Below are positions 39,454 to 48,893 of a stretch of 64,000 nucleotides of DNA, in pieces. The position numbers were made by a program, and so were the translations under genes. Each line of letters opens with the position of its first letter. Within the stretch, counting starts at the first letter, position 1. The stretch is from Spirochaetia bacterium (lineage in GTDB: Bacteria; Spirochaetota; Spirochaetia; SZUA-6; Bin103). The stretch lies in contig OZ241863.1 of NCBI GenBank assembly GCA_965203055.1, positions 160,001-224,000 of the forward strand, written 5' to 3'. The notes below the pieces were generated by a model. The model was not told the DNA's origin. It was given only the letters and a program-made list of their open reading frames with translations, and made no database searches.

Positions 39454-41391
39454 TCACTTGGTGTGCGAGGTGGACCGATTCGGCGTTGCCGAAGTCTGGC
39501 TCGGCTCACTCGGTCCGGCGGCGTTGCGGGCGCGCACCTGGATCTGGTAGAGCACGCCGTTGGTCAGGCCGGGCAGGAGGTGGCCGGTCGTGGTGTGCGT
39601 GCTGCCGTCGATGGCCCGCCAGCGCCGCCAGTCGGCGTCGCGCGGGGCGCGCAGCCGGAACTCGTAGGAGGCGATGCCGGCGTCGCCCGGGTCGTCCCAG
39701 CCGAGGCTGATGCTCAGGTCACCGGGCCGCGCCGTCAGACCGGTGGGCGCCTCAGGCGGCGCGCCGCGGGGGGCCGGCGGACGCGGCGTCGCCGAAATCT
39801 CGCCGGGCGCGCCGGCCCCGGCGGCGTTGCGGGCGCGCACCTGGATCTGGTAGAGCACGCCGTTGGCCAAGCCGCGCAGCAGGGTATAGCCGGTGGTGTC
39901 GTGAGAACTGCCGGCGATCGGCCTCCAGTCGGGCCAGTAGGCGTCCTGGGCGGGGCGGATGCGATACTCGTAGGAGGCGATGCCGGGGTCGCCCGGATCG
40001 TTCCAACTGAGGCTGATGCTGCGGTCTCCGGTCAGCGCCGCCAGCGCGCCCGGCGCTGCCGGCAGCAGCGGGCGCGGCGTGGCGGAGGTCTCGCCGGGCG
40101 CGCCGGGGCCGGCGGCGTTGCGGGCGCGTATCTGGATCTGGTAGAGCACGCCGTTGGCCAGGCCGCGCAGCAGGGTATAGCCGATGGTGTCGTAGGAACT
40201 GCCGGCGATCGGCCTCCAGTCGGGCCAGTCGGCGTGCTGCGCGGGGCGGATGCGGTACTCGTAGGAGGCGATGCCGGGGTCGCCGGGATCGTTCCAGTCG
40301 AGGCTGATGCTGCGGTCGCCCGGCAGCGAGGTGAGGCCGCTCGGCGCCGCCGGAGGCGGTGGGAGCGGCGTTGCGGAGGTCTCGCCGGGGGCGCCGGGGC
40401 CGGCGGCGCTGCGGGCGCGTATCTGGATCTGGTAGAGCAGGCCGTTGGCGAGGCCGCGCAGGAGCGTAAAGCCGGTGGTCGCGTGGGAGCTGCCGGCGAT
40501 CGCGTTCCAGTCGGGCCAGTCGGCGTGCTGCGCGGGGCGGATGCGGTACTCGTAGGAGGCGATGGCGGGATCGCCGGGGTCGTTCCAGTCGAGGCTGATG
40601 CTGCGGTCGCCCGGCAGCGCGGTAAGGCCGCTCGGCGCGTCCGGCGGCGGCGAGAGCGGCGTTGCGGAGATCTCGCTGGCCGCCCCGGTGCCGGCGGCGT
40701 TCAGGGCGCGTACCTGGATCCGGTAGGCAACGCCGGCAGTCAGGCCGGGCAGGGTGTGGCTGGTAGTCGCGTGGGTACTGCCGGCGGCGATCTTCCAGTC
40801 CCGCCAATCGGCGTCGCGGGGAGCGCGCAGGCGCACTTCGTAGGAGACGATGCCGGCGTCGTGCGGGTCGTCCCAGTCGAGGTCGATGCTGCGGTCGCCC
40901 GGTTGCGCCGTCAGACCGCCCGGCGCCGCCGGTGCCAGCGGCAGCGGCGTTGCGGAGGTTTCGCTCGGCGGGCTGACGCCGGCCGCGCTGCGCGCGCGCA
41001 CCTGGATCCGGTAGGGCACGCCGGGGGTCAGACCGGGCAGCGCGTGGCTGGTAGTCGCGCCGGTACTGCCGGCGACGACCTTCCAGCTCCGCCAGTCGGC
41101 GTCGCGGGGAGCGCGCAGGCGCACTTCGTAGGAGACGATGCCGGCGTCGTGCGGGTCGTCCCAGTCGAGGTCGATGCTGCGGTCGCCCGGTCGCGCCGTC
41201 AGGCCGCCCGGCGCCGCCGGCGGCGAGGCTTCCGGCGCCGCTTCCGGCAGCTCGGACGGCGCTTCCGGCGCCGCCGGCCCCGGCGCGCCTGCCGCCGGCG
41301 AAACGCAGCTCGCCGCGCCAAGTACCACCGCCGCCACTGCCAAGGTTCCTGCCAATGGCATTACCAGTCGTTTGATCATTCCGCTTGTCAT
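39454..41391 (-). CDS. Lipoprotein with six fibronectin type III repeats
   Basis: ATG 41391 overlaps upstream TGA; lipobox AASC; six ~95-aa FN3 units. Confidence 0.88.
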   Translation of the reverse strand: MTSGMIKRLVMPLAGTLAVAAVVLGAASCVSPAAGAPGPAAPEAPSELPEAAPEASPPAAPGGLTARPGDRSIDLDWDDPHDAGIVSYEVRLRAPRDADWRSWKVVAGSTGATTSHALPGLTPGVPYRIQVRARSAAGVSPPSETSATPLPLAPAAPGGLTAQPGDRSIDLDWDDPHDAGIVSYEVRLRAPRDADWRDWKIAAGSTHATTSHTLPGLTAGVAYRIQVRALNAAGTGAASEISATPLSPPPDAPSGLTALPGDRSISLDWNDPGDPAIASYEYRIRPAQHADWPDWNAIAGSSHATTGFTLLRGLANGLLYQIQIRARSAAGPGAPGETSATPLPPPPAAPSGLTSLPGDRSISLDWNDPGDPGIASYEYRIRPAQHADWPDWRPIAGSSYDTIGYTLLRGLANGVLYQIQIRARNAAGPGAPGETSATPRPLLPAAPGALAALTGDRSISLSWNDPGDPGIASYEYRIRPAQDAYWPDWRPIAGSSHDTTGYTLLRGLANGVLYQIQVRARNAAGAGAPGEISATPRPPAPRGAPPEAPTGLTARPGDLSISLGWDDPGDAGIASYEFRLRAPRDADWRRWRAIDGSTHTTTGHLLPGLTNGVLYQIQVRARNAAGPSEPSQTSATPNRSTSHTK

Positions 41392-42458
41392 TCGAGAGCC
41401 CTCCGACCGTCGTTCCACGCCGCGGCCCGCCGCATGAACACCGCCGCGTCCGCGCGCCACTCCGGATACCCGATCCTGCGCTGGTCGGTGAGCCAGTCGA
41501 TCCGTTCGTTCAGACAGGAGACCAGCTCGGCGTCGTCCGCGGAGAGCGCCATGCCGCCCCATTCCACGCGCTCGTCCAGCGCCGCCACCGCCAGCTCTCC
41601 GCCGGAGGCGTGGGCCGCGTCGCTGTTGCCGATTTCCCCGCGCGCGATCGCGTCCACTTCGCCGCCGCGCAGAGCAGCGATCAGTTCCGCTTCGCCGAGG
41701 TGGTCGCCGAGATAGACGATGCGCGGCGCCGCGGCGGAATGCGGATGCAGGCGCAGTCTCTTGGCGAGCCGCGGCGACTCACCGGCCGCGGAGATGAAGA
41801 AGGCGCCGCTGCCGTCCGCCGTTACGGTGCCGCCCGGCGTCTCGACCCGCACGCCCGCGGCCAGCACGCCCTCTTCATCGGCCAACCCGGTCAACTGCAG
41901 CAGGCGGGCCTCGCCGGTGGTGTTGGCGAGGACGCCGACGGCGTGTTCACCGGTCAGCGCGGAGTAGTCGGAGAAGCGGGCGGCGTCGGCGGCGCGCACC
42001 AGCAGGCTTTGCCGGAAGGCGACGTAACCGGTCGAGAAGGTGATGACCCCGGAGCCGTCGGCGGCGCGGGTGCGTGACTCGAGGATGGTGATGCCGCCGC
42101 TGACCAAGTCGTAGTCCGGGCCGGCGGGCCGCAGCCAGATGTCGTCCCAGGGCGCGATGCCGCGCCGGGAGAACGACAATCCCGTGTCCCGCATCGCTGC
42201 GATGGCGGTAAGGAGATCGGACTCGTAGCCGAGATGGGTGTCGAAGCCCGACGATTCGGGAGCTTCGCCGGCGCTGTAGCTGATCGGCGCGAAGTAGGCG
42301 TAGAAGCCGACCCGCAGCTCGCGCCCGCCGTCCGCGCAGACCTGCGGCGAACTGCGCGCAACGCCGTCCGCGGCGCGCGGCGCGAATGACGAACAGGAGG
42401 CCAGGCACAGCGCCAGTCCGACCCCGGCTGCCCGCCGCCAACTCCTCTTGATGGCCAC
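41388..42458 (-). CDS. Lipoprotein with family-3 (amino-acid-type) solute-binding domain; no cognate permease
   Basis: Lipobox LASC; RVGFYAYFAPISY, GYESDLL, GGITILESR, FRQSLLV. Confidence 0.7.
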   Translation of the reverse strand: MAIKRSWRRAAGVGLALCLASCSSFAPRAADGVARSSPQVCADGGRELRVGFYAYFAPISYSAGEAPESSGFDTHLGYESDLLTAIAAMRDTGLSFSRRGIAPWDDIWLRPAGPDYDLVSGGITILESRTRAADGSGVITFSTGYVAFRQSLLVRAADAARFSDYSALTGEHAVGVLANTTGEARLLQLTGLADEEGVLAAGVRVETPGGTVTADGSGAFFISAAGESPRLAKRLRLHPHSAAAPRIVYLGDHLGEAELIAALRGGEVDAIARGEIGNSDAAHASGGELAVAALDERVEWGGMALSADDAELVSCLNERIDWLTDQRRIGYPEWRADAAVFMRRAAAWNDGRRALE

Positions 42459-42569
42459 GGCCCCGAACCTACCGGAGAAGTGGCACGCAGTGCAACCAAC
42501 CGGCGCCCGGCCGGACCCACCGGACCGGCCCGCGAAGCCGCCACTCGGAGCGCCGCCGCGCGCCGGCGC

Positions 42570-42590
42570 GTTCTCATCTTGATTGTCGCT
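42570..42590. repeat. 21-bp exact repeat GTTCTCATCTTGATTGTCGCT, copy 2
   Basis: Identical to 4421-4441; in a divergent intergenic gap. Confidence 0.8.
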
Positions 42591-42623
42591 GCCGGACACC
42601 TGCGATAGGGTGAGCGTCGTCCG

Positions 42624-43769
42624 ATGACCGGCTCCGCAGTCAGGATCCTGTGCCTCCTGCCGTCGCTTGCGGATGCCCACAACGCGGTGCGAGTCAGCAT
42701 GCTGCAGCGCAGCGGCTTCGCGGTCGAGGCGCTCGGCTTCGAACGCTACGGCCCCGCCGCCCGTATGCTCGACTGCCGCGCCGAGTCGTTGGGGCGGGTC
42801 GAACATAGACGCTACCTCCGGCGCGGCCTCAGACTCCTGCGCTGCCTGTCGCGGGTGCGCGACGCCATGCAACGAAACCACCTCGTCTACGCGTTTGGCG
42901 CCGACCTGCCGCTGCTGGCGCTGGCGGCCGGCGTGGGCCTGAAGGTCCCGGTGGTCGCCGAACTCGCCGACATCAGGGACCTGCAGGTGGCCGCCAGCCT
43001 GCGGGGCAGACTGTTTCGCGCCCTGGACAAGCAGGCGACGGACGCCTGCGCGCTCCTGATCGTCACCTCGGCGCACTATCTGGCGTACTACCGCGGCTGG
43101 TTGCGGACGGCAACGCCGGCCATCGTCGTGGAAAACAAGGTGGAGCCGGCGTTCGCCGCCACCGTCACCGCGGCCTCCTGCGCGGCGCCGGCGCGCCCGT
43201 TGCGGCTCGGTTACTTCGGCATCTTGAAAGATGAATGGTCGCTCGCGCTGATCGAGGCCCTGGCGCGGTCGGCGCCCGAGGAGTTCGCGTTCCTGCTGGC
43301 CGGTATCCCGGGCCGTTTCGTCGACTCCTTTCACCAACGGGTGCGGCGCATCGCCAACCTCGATTACCGGGGCGAATACCGGCATCCTGACGATCTGCCA
43401 ACGTTGTTTGGAGACGCTGACCTGATATTGGCCTGCTATCCGCCTGCAGTCCCGCATGGCTGGTCGCGGTCGAACCGATATTACGACGCCTGCCTGTTCC
43501 GCAAACCGCTGATCGTCCGGGCCGGCACCGGTGACGCCGAGGCCGTGCGGCGGCGCGACGTCGGGTTCGTCATCGCCGCGACCGGCGTGGAGGAGGCGGC
43601 CGCCGAGCTGCGCGGCATTACCGCCGCGGACTGGGAACGATGGCGCGCCAATATGTCGAAGTTGCCGGCCGCGGAGTACGTCCATGCCAAACGCGGGCCG
43701 GACGAGCTGCGGCAGTCACTGGCGGCGCTCGCCGGACGCACGGAACCGGATGCGGCCCCGCCGGCGTGA
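42624..43769 (+). CDS. GT-B glycosyltransferase (ExoL-like)
   Basis: ELADIRDL, LIVTS, VENKV, LGYFGILK, GEYRHPDDL, SNRYYDA, PLIV. Confidence 0.7.
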   Translation: MTGSAVRILCLLPSLADAHNAVRVSMLQRSGFAVEALGFERYGPAARMLDCRAESLGRVEHRRYLRRGLRLLRCLSRVRDAMQRNHLVYAFGADLPLLALAAGVGLKVPVVAELADIRDLQVAASLRGRLFRALDKQATDACALLIVTSAHYLAYYRGWLRTATPAIVVENKVEPAFAATVTAASCAAPARPLRLGYFGILKDEWSLALIEALARSAPEEFAFLLAGIPGRFVDSFHQRVRRIANLDYRGEYRHPDDLPTLFGDADLILACYPPAVPHGWSRSNRYYDACLFRKPLIVRAGTGDAEAVRRRDVGFVIAATGVEEAAAELRGITAADWERWRANMSKLPAAEYVHAKRGPDELRQSLAALAGRTEPDAAPPA

Positions 43770-44525
43770 CGGCAGGAGGCGGGTCTTCAAGTGGGACAAG
43801 GCGTATCCGCCGAAGAACCACAACGACTTGCCGACCGGGAAGCGCTCCACGCTGCGCAGGAGCTTCCAGGTGTAGGCGGCGGCAACGACCTTGTTGGCGG
43901 AGAGGGAATCGCGGTGCAGGCGGTACGTGACCAGAATCTCGTTGACCCCGATGGCGGTCCTCGACCCGTCGCGCAACAGTTCCAGCCAGTAGCCGTGATC
44001 ATGGCGGCGTTTGAGCAGCGGCATCCGCACCGTGCCGCAGGTCGCGCGCCGTACCAGTGAGGTCGAGCAGCCGATGATGCAACGATGGATCATCGTATGG
44101 TAATCTATCCTGTCGGGTACGGAGACGATCGCGCTTCGCAGTCCGCATTCGCGCACGCGCTCGTAGGCCGTGTATACGATGTCCGCCTGACAGCGTTCCA
44201 ATGCAGCTATCTGCTTCGCAGTCTTCTCGGGATACCAGATGTCGTCGCTGTCGATGAACGCGATCAATTTACCGCGCGCGTCGTCCAGCCCCCGGTTGCG
44301 CGCGCTGGCGGCGCCTCGATTGGTCGCCTGCGCAATGAGGCGGATGCGAGGGTCGCGCCGCTGGTAGTCCGCGGCGATAGTCACAGTGGCGTCCGTCGAG
44401 GCATCATCGACGATGATCATCTCCCAGTCTTTCACGGTCTGCGAGATGACGGAGTCGATCGATTCGGCAATGAAGCGCTCAGCGTTGAAGCTGGGCATGA
44501 TCACGGAAACGAGGGGACCGGACAT
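43716..44525 (-). CDS. GT2 glycosyltransferase (TuaG-like)
   Basis: LVSVIMPSFNAE, IVDDASTD, ARNRG, FIDSDDIW, RHD, SLSANK. Confidence 0.9.
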   Translation of the reverse strand: MSGPLVSVIMPSFNAERFIAESIDSVISQTVKDWEMIIVDDASTDATVTIAADYQRRDPRIRLIAQATNRGAASARNRGLDDARGKLIAFIDSDDIWYPEKTAKQIAALERCQADIVYTAYERVRECGLRSAIVSVPDRIDYHTMIHRCIIGCSTSLVRRATCGTVRMPLLKRRHDHGYWLELLRDGSRTAIGVNEILVTYRLHRDSLSANKVVAAAYTWKLLRSVERFPVGKSLWFFGGYALSHLKTRLLPSRRRGRIRFRASGERRQ

Positions 44526-44587
44526 GGATCGAAGCGAGTATAGCATGCCTCATCGCAAGATGAGCGCGGCGCGCCGCGGGTAACGAC

Positions 44588-45589
44588 GTGGCTCGGATAG
44601 CGCTGGTCGGCGGGTCGGGGTTCATCGGCCGGAGCCTGGCGAGTGCGCTGCGGCAGGCGGGCCACGAAGTCACCAGCGTCGATCTGGCGCAGGCCCCCGA
44701 CGGCACGGCGTTTCGCCGGGCCGACGTGCAAGACGGGGCCGGCCTGACCGCGGCGTTGGAGGGGGCTGAGGTCGTCTACAACCTGGCGGCGGTGCACCGC
44801 GACGACGTCAAGCCGGTGACCCGCTATGACGAGGTCAACGCCGGCGGCGCCGCCAACGTGTGCGGCGCCTGCCGGCGCCTGGGGATCGACCGGCTCATCT
44901 TTACCAGTACGGCCGCGGTCTACGGCGTCGCCGCGCCGCCGGAGGTGACGGAGCAGCATGCGCCGGCGCCCTTCAATGCGTACGGCTGGTCGAAGCTGCG
45001 CGCCGAGCAACTGCACCGCGACTGGCAAGCCGAGGCACCCAAGGCGCGGTCGCTGGCGATCGTCCGCCCGACCGCCGTGTTCGGCGAAGGGAACCGCGGC
45101 AACGTGTACCAGCTCGTGCACCAGCTCGACGCCGGACGCTTCCTGATGGTCGGCAACGGCCGCAATCGCAAGTCGATCGCCTACGTCGGCAACGTGAGCG
45201 CGTTCCTGGCCGCGGCCTTGGACTGCGGGCCCGGCTCCCACCTGTTCAACTACGTGGACAAGCCCGACCTCTCGACGCGGGAACTGGTGGAGACGATACT
45301 GCAGGCGCTGGGCCGGGAACCGCGCGTCGGGCTCCGCGTCCCGTTCGCGGTTGGCTACTTCGGCGGGCTCATCTGCGATCTGGCGGCCGCGCTGACCGGC
45401 GCCGCGCTGCCGGTCAGCGCGGTTCGGATCCGGAAGTTCTGCAGCACTACCACGTTCTCGGGGGCGCGAGTACAGGCGACCGGATTCCGGCCGCCCTACT
45501 CACTGCAGGAGGGTCTGCTGAAGACGATCCGGCATGAAGTGAAGTCCCCCCACGACCCCGGCCCGGGGGGGGGGGGGGGGGGGGGGTAG
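44588..45589 (+). CDS. gnu: Gnu-like GlcNAc-PP-undecaprenol 4-epimerase (extended SDR)
   Basis: LAAVHRDDV, PFNAYGWSK, RPTAVFGEGNRGNVY, KSIAYVGN, NYVDKPDL, VRIRKFCSTT match my recollection of E. coli O157 Gnu. Confidence 0.75.
   Translation: MARIALVGGSGFIGRSLASALRQAGHEVTSVDLAQAPDGTAFRRADVQDGAGLTAALEGAEVVYNLAAVHRDDVKPVTRYDEVNAGGAANVCGACRRLGIDRLIFTSTAAVYGVAAPPEVTEQHAPAPFNAYGWSKLRAEQLHRDWQAEAPKARSLAIVRPTAVFGEGNRGNVYQLVHQLDAGRFLMVGNGRNRKSIAYVGNVSAFLAAALDCGPGSHLFNYVDKPDLSTRELVETILQALGREPRVGLRVPFAVGYFGGLICDLAAALTGAALPVSAVRIRKFCSTTTFSGARVQATGFRPPYSLQEGLLKTIRHEVKSPHDPGPGGGGGGG
45565..45586. repeat. Poly-G homopolymer (22 nt)
   Basis: Direct count; encodes the Gly7 tail of the epimerase. Confidence 0.95.
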
Positions 45590-45591
45590 AA

Positions 45592-46341
45592 CTAGAAGAG
45601 GTAGCGGAGGCCCAGCTCCCCGTTGTGGATCAACGCCAACTTCAGCTTCGTCTTCGAGGTAGGTAGCTCGGTCTCGGTGGTGCCGGTCAAACGGTAGCCG
45701 AGCGTGACGACCAGGTCGTCGGTCACGGCGTACCCGATGCCGGCGTCCCCCTGAAACCCGAACGCCCAGGCAGACTCTGATTTCGTAACTTTCGGCTCAA
45801 GTGGCGTCAGGCGGGTCACTGCCGCGTCCGCCAAGGTGAGCGTGATATTCGACGCGCCCCCGGCGATGCCCAGGTAGGGCAGCAACGGCGTACCGGTGTC
45901 GATGTCGTAGTGAATGCCGAGACCCAGGTCCAGCGAGCTGACGGCGCTGCCGGCCCAGTCTAAATCATCCAGACCCTTATTGGTTACACTGTCGGCTTTC
46001 TCGTCGTTTTTGCCGATCTTCGTGATCGTCACCTCGGTGATCGGGGTCCGGCGGTAGGCGCCGTAGACCTCCGGGCGGAACCCGCTGATGGCGTAGCCGA
46101 CGCCGATCTGGGCGCCCAGGAAGCCGAAGCCGGTATCGATATTGGCGATGAATTTCTCCGTCTCCGAGCCTTGGGGGATCGGGCCGGCCAGCTCCCGCTG
46201 GGCGGAGAACGCTACGTCCCAGTTCAAGCTGGCGTAGAACGATCCGGCGCTGAACATGCCGTGGTTGTCGGCAGCCAGGGTGGCCAGCGGAGCTGACACC
46301 AGAAGGGCGCAAAGCGCGAAGCGCAAGCGGCGGTGAGTCAT
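45592..46341 (-). CDS. Outer-membrane beta-barrel protein (opacity/Msp4-like)
   Basis: Signal peptide, alternating beta-strands (IGVGYAI, PYLGIAGG, GIGYAV, LGYR), C-terminal LGLRYLF. Confidence 0.8.
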   Translation of the reverse strand: MTHRRLRFALCALLVSAPLATLAADNHGMFSAGSFYASLNWDVAFSAQRELAGPIPQGSETEKFIANIDTGFGFLGAQIGVGYAISGFRPEVYGAYRRTPITEVTITKIGKNDEKADSVTNKGLDDLDWAGSAVSSLDLGLGIHYDIDTGTPLLPYLGIAGGASNITLTLADAAVTRLTPLEPKVTKSESAWAFGFQGDAGIGYAVTDDLVVTLGYRLTGTTETELPTSKTKLKLALIHNGELGLRYLF

Positions 46342-46407
46342 AGTGTCTGAAATATCGACATGCCGCGGCGCGGTGTCAAGATCTCCGCCGGCGCGGCGCT
46401 TCGCGGA

Positions 46408-47553
46408 TCACTCGGTTTGCGCCGCGCCGCGGGAGCGCGCCGGCGCCCGTTCCATGGCCTCGACGAAGCGGTCGAACAGGTGGCGGGCGTCGTGCGGCCC
46501 CGGCGCGGCTTCCGGGTGGTACTGGATCGCGAACAGCGGCCGCGCGCGATGCTCCAGCCCCTCGATGGTGCCGTCGTTGAGGTTGACGTGGGTAACGCGC
46601 AACTCCGGCGGCAGGGACTCGGCGGCGACCGCGTAGCCGTGGTTCTGACTGGTGATGGAGACCACGCCGGTGCGCTCCTCGCGCACCGGATGGTTGGCGC
46701 CGTGGTGGCCGAACTTGAGCTTGAAGATATCCGCCCCCAGAGCCAGCGCCATGATCTGCAGGCCGAGACAGATCCCGAACACCGGCCGGTCGCGGTGGCC
46801 GGCGAGCAGCTCGCGCACGGTATCCGCCAGGTAGGGCGCCTGCTCCGGGTCGCCGGGGCCATTGGAGAGGAACAGGCCGTCCGGTTCCAGCGCGGCGATC
46901 TGCGGCGCGCTCGCGGTGGCCGGAACCACCGTGACGCGGCAGCCGCGCGCCGCCAAATTGCGCATGATGTTGCGCTTGGCGCCGGCGTCGATGGCCACCA
47001 CGTGATGGCCGCCCGCGCCCGGCGCCGGTCCGGCCGGCAGGGGCAGCGGGGCGATGGCCGCCGGCGCCACTTCCCGCACCAGGTCGAGATCGCCCAGCTT
47101 CGGCGCCCGCCGCGCCTTGGCGGTGAGCGAGGCGGCGGCGAGATCGGTGGTGGAGATCACCCCGGTCTTGGCGCCGTGCAACCGCAGGTGGCGGGTAAGG
47201 GCGCGGGTGTCCACCTCGTCGATGGCGACGATGCCGTGCGCCCGCAGGTAACTGCCCAGATCGCCGGTGGCGCGCCAGTTGGAGTGGCGGGCGGCCAGCT
47301 CGCGCACGATCAGCCCGCGGGTCCAGGGTTGGCGCGACTCCGGGTCCTCGTCGTTGACCCCGTAGTTGCCGATCAGCGGATAGGTCAGACACACGAGCTG
47401 CCCGGCGTAGGAGGGATCGGTGAGGATTTCCTGGTAGCCGGTCATGGCGGTGTTGAACACCACCTCGCCGGTTGCCTCGCCGGACGCGCCCACCGCGCGG
47501 CCGCGGAACACGACGCCATCTTCCAGCGCCAGCAGCGCGGGCCGGCCGCTCAC
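46408..47553 (-). CDS. carA: Carbamoyl-phosphate synthase small subunit
   Basis: [54 protein letters not shown]. Confidence 0.97.
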   Translation of the reverse strand: MSGRPALLALEDGVVFRGRAVGASGEATGEVVFNTAMTGYQEILTDPSYAGQLVCLTYPLIGNYGVNDEDPESRQPWTRGLIVRELAARHSNWRATGDLGSYLRAHGIVAIDEVDTRALTRHLRLHGAKTGVISTTDLAAASLTAKARRAPKLGDLDLVREVAPAAIAPLPLPAGPAPGAGGHHVVAIDAGAKRNIMRNLAARGCRVTVVPATASAPQIAALEPDGLFLSNGPGDPEQAPYLADTVRELLAGHRDRPVFGICLGLQIMALALGADIFKLKFGHHGANHPVREERTGVVSITSQNHGYAVAAESLPPELRVTHVNLNDGTIEGLEHRARPLFAIQYHPEAAPGPHDARHLFDRFVEAMERAPARSRGAAQTE

Positions 47554-48893
47554 GCCGGCTCCTCCCGGCCGGGCGCGGGCGGCGCGGGATGCGGCGGCTG
47601 GATGCGGCAATCGCGCAGGCGGATGCGCCCGCCCACCAGGCAGTCGGTGGCGCGCCCGATCATGCGCCGCCCCCAGAACGGCGAGTTGCGCGCCTTCGAC
47701 TGCGCCGCGGCCGCGTCGTAGACCCAGGTACGGTCCGGATCGACTATCGTGACGTCGGCTACCGCCCCCACGCGCAGGCTGCCGCGCTCGACGCCGATCA
47801 ACCGCGCCGGATTGACCGCCAGTACCCGCACCAACTGTTCCAGGCTGATGACCCGGTCGCGCACCAGCGCCAGCATCAGGGGCAGCATCGTCTCCACCCC
47901 GGTGATTCCGTTCGGAGCGTGATCGAACTCCACCGCCTTCTCGTAATCGGCATGCGGCGCATGATCGCTGCCCACCAGGTCGATGGTGCCGTCGGCCAGC
48001 CCGGCGCGCACCGCGGCCACGTCGGCCGCGGTGCGCAGCGGGGGATACATCTTGGCGCGGGTGTCGTAGCGCAACACCGCCTCCTCGGTGAGGAACAGGT
48101 AGTGGGGGCAGGTCTCGGCGGTAACCTCGATCCCGCCGGCCCGCGCCTGGCGGATCAGCTCGACCGACCGGCCGCAGGAGATGTGCTGGAAGTGGACCCG
48201 GCCGCCGGCCAGCGCAACGATCTCGAGATCGCGGGCCACCAGCGCCGACTCGGCCTGGCAGGGGCTGCCAAGCAACCCCAGGCGGGCAGCCACCACCCCT
48301 TCGTTCACTACCCCCGCCTGCGAAAGCTCGGGATCCTCCTCATGCAGCAGCAGCGGCAGGCGAAACTTCTTGGCGTACTCCAGGGCGCGGCGCAGGATCG
48401 CCGACGACACGATCGGCTTGCCGTCGTCGGACAGCGCCACCGCGCCGCCGGTGCGCAGTTCGCCGAACTCGGTGAGTCTGGCGCCCTCCTGGCGGACGGT
48501 AGCCGCGCCCACCGGCCACAGGTTGATCAGTTCGAGGCGCCGCGCCTCGCGGCGCAGAAACTCCATGTCGGCGCGCGTGTCGGACACCGGGTTGGTGTTG
48601 GGCATCGGGCAGACGCCGGTGAAGCCGCCGGCCAGCGCGGCCCGCAATCCGCTCTCGATCGTCTCCTTGTACTCGAAGCCGGGCTCGCGCAGGTGGACGT
48701 GGACGTCGATCAGCCCGGGCAGCACCAGCTTGCCGCGCGCGTCGATCACCTCCGCCGCTGCGCCGCCGGCGGCGCCCGCATCGCCCCCGAGCCGGTGCAC
48801 GCGCCCGTTCCGCACCAGGAGATCGACCTGCGCGTCCACCCCTTGGAGCGGGTCCAGCAGCCGGCCGCCGCGCACCAGCACCGAATCAGCCAT
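47550..48893 (-). CDS. pyrC: Dihydroorotase
   Basis: [39 protein letters not shown]. Confidence 0.95.
   Translation of the reverse strand: MADSVLVRGGRLLDPLQGVDAQVDLLVRNGRVHRLGGDAGAAGGAAAEVIDARGKLVLPGLIDVHVHLREPGFEYKETIESGLRAALAGGFTGVCPMPNTNPVSDTRADMEFLRREARRLELINLWPVGAATVRQEGARLTEFGELRTGGAVALSDDGKPIVSSAILRRALEYAKKFRLPLLLHEEDPELSQAGVVNEGVVAARLGLLGSPCQAESALVARDLEIVALAGGRVHFQHISCGRSVELIRQARAGGIEVTAETCPHYLFLTEEAVLRYDTRAKMYPPLRTAADVAAVRAGLADGTIDLVGSDHAPHADYEKAVEFDHAPNGITGVETMLPLMLALVRDRVISLEQLVRVLAVNPARLIGVERGSLRVGAVADVTIVDPDRTWVYDAAAAQSKARNSPFWGRRMIGRATDCLVGGRIRLRDCRIQPPHPAPPAPGREEPA

Noticed and set aside
37505..41230. Regular repeats as a CRISPR or ncRNA array
   Set aside because: Units are ~285-nt in-frame FN3 coding repeats with no spacers and no cas genes
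42481..42495. Sigma-54-like TGGCAC..TGCA
   Set aside because: GG-GC spacing is 8 nt rather than the required 10
12619..46399. GGCGCGGCGC at both island borders as an att/TSD
   Set aside because: Low-complexity GC 10-mer expected by chance
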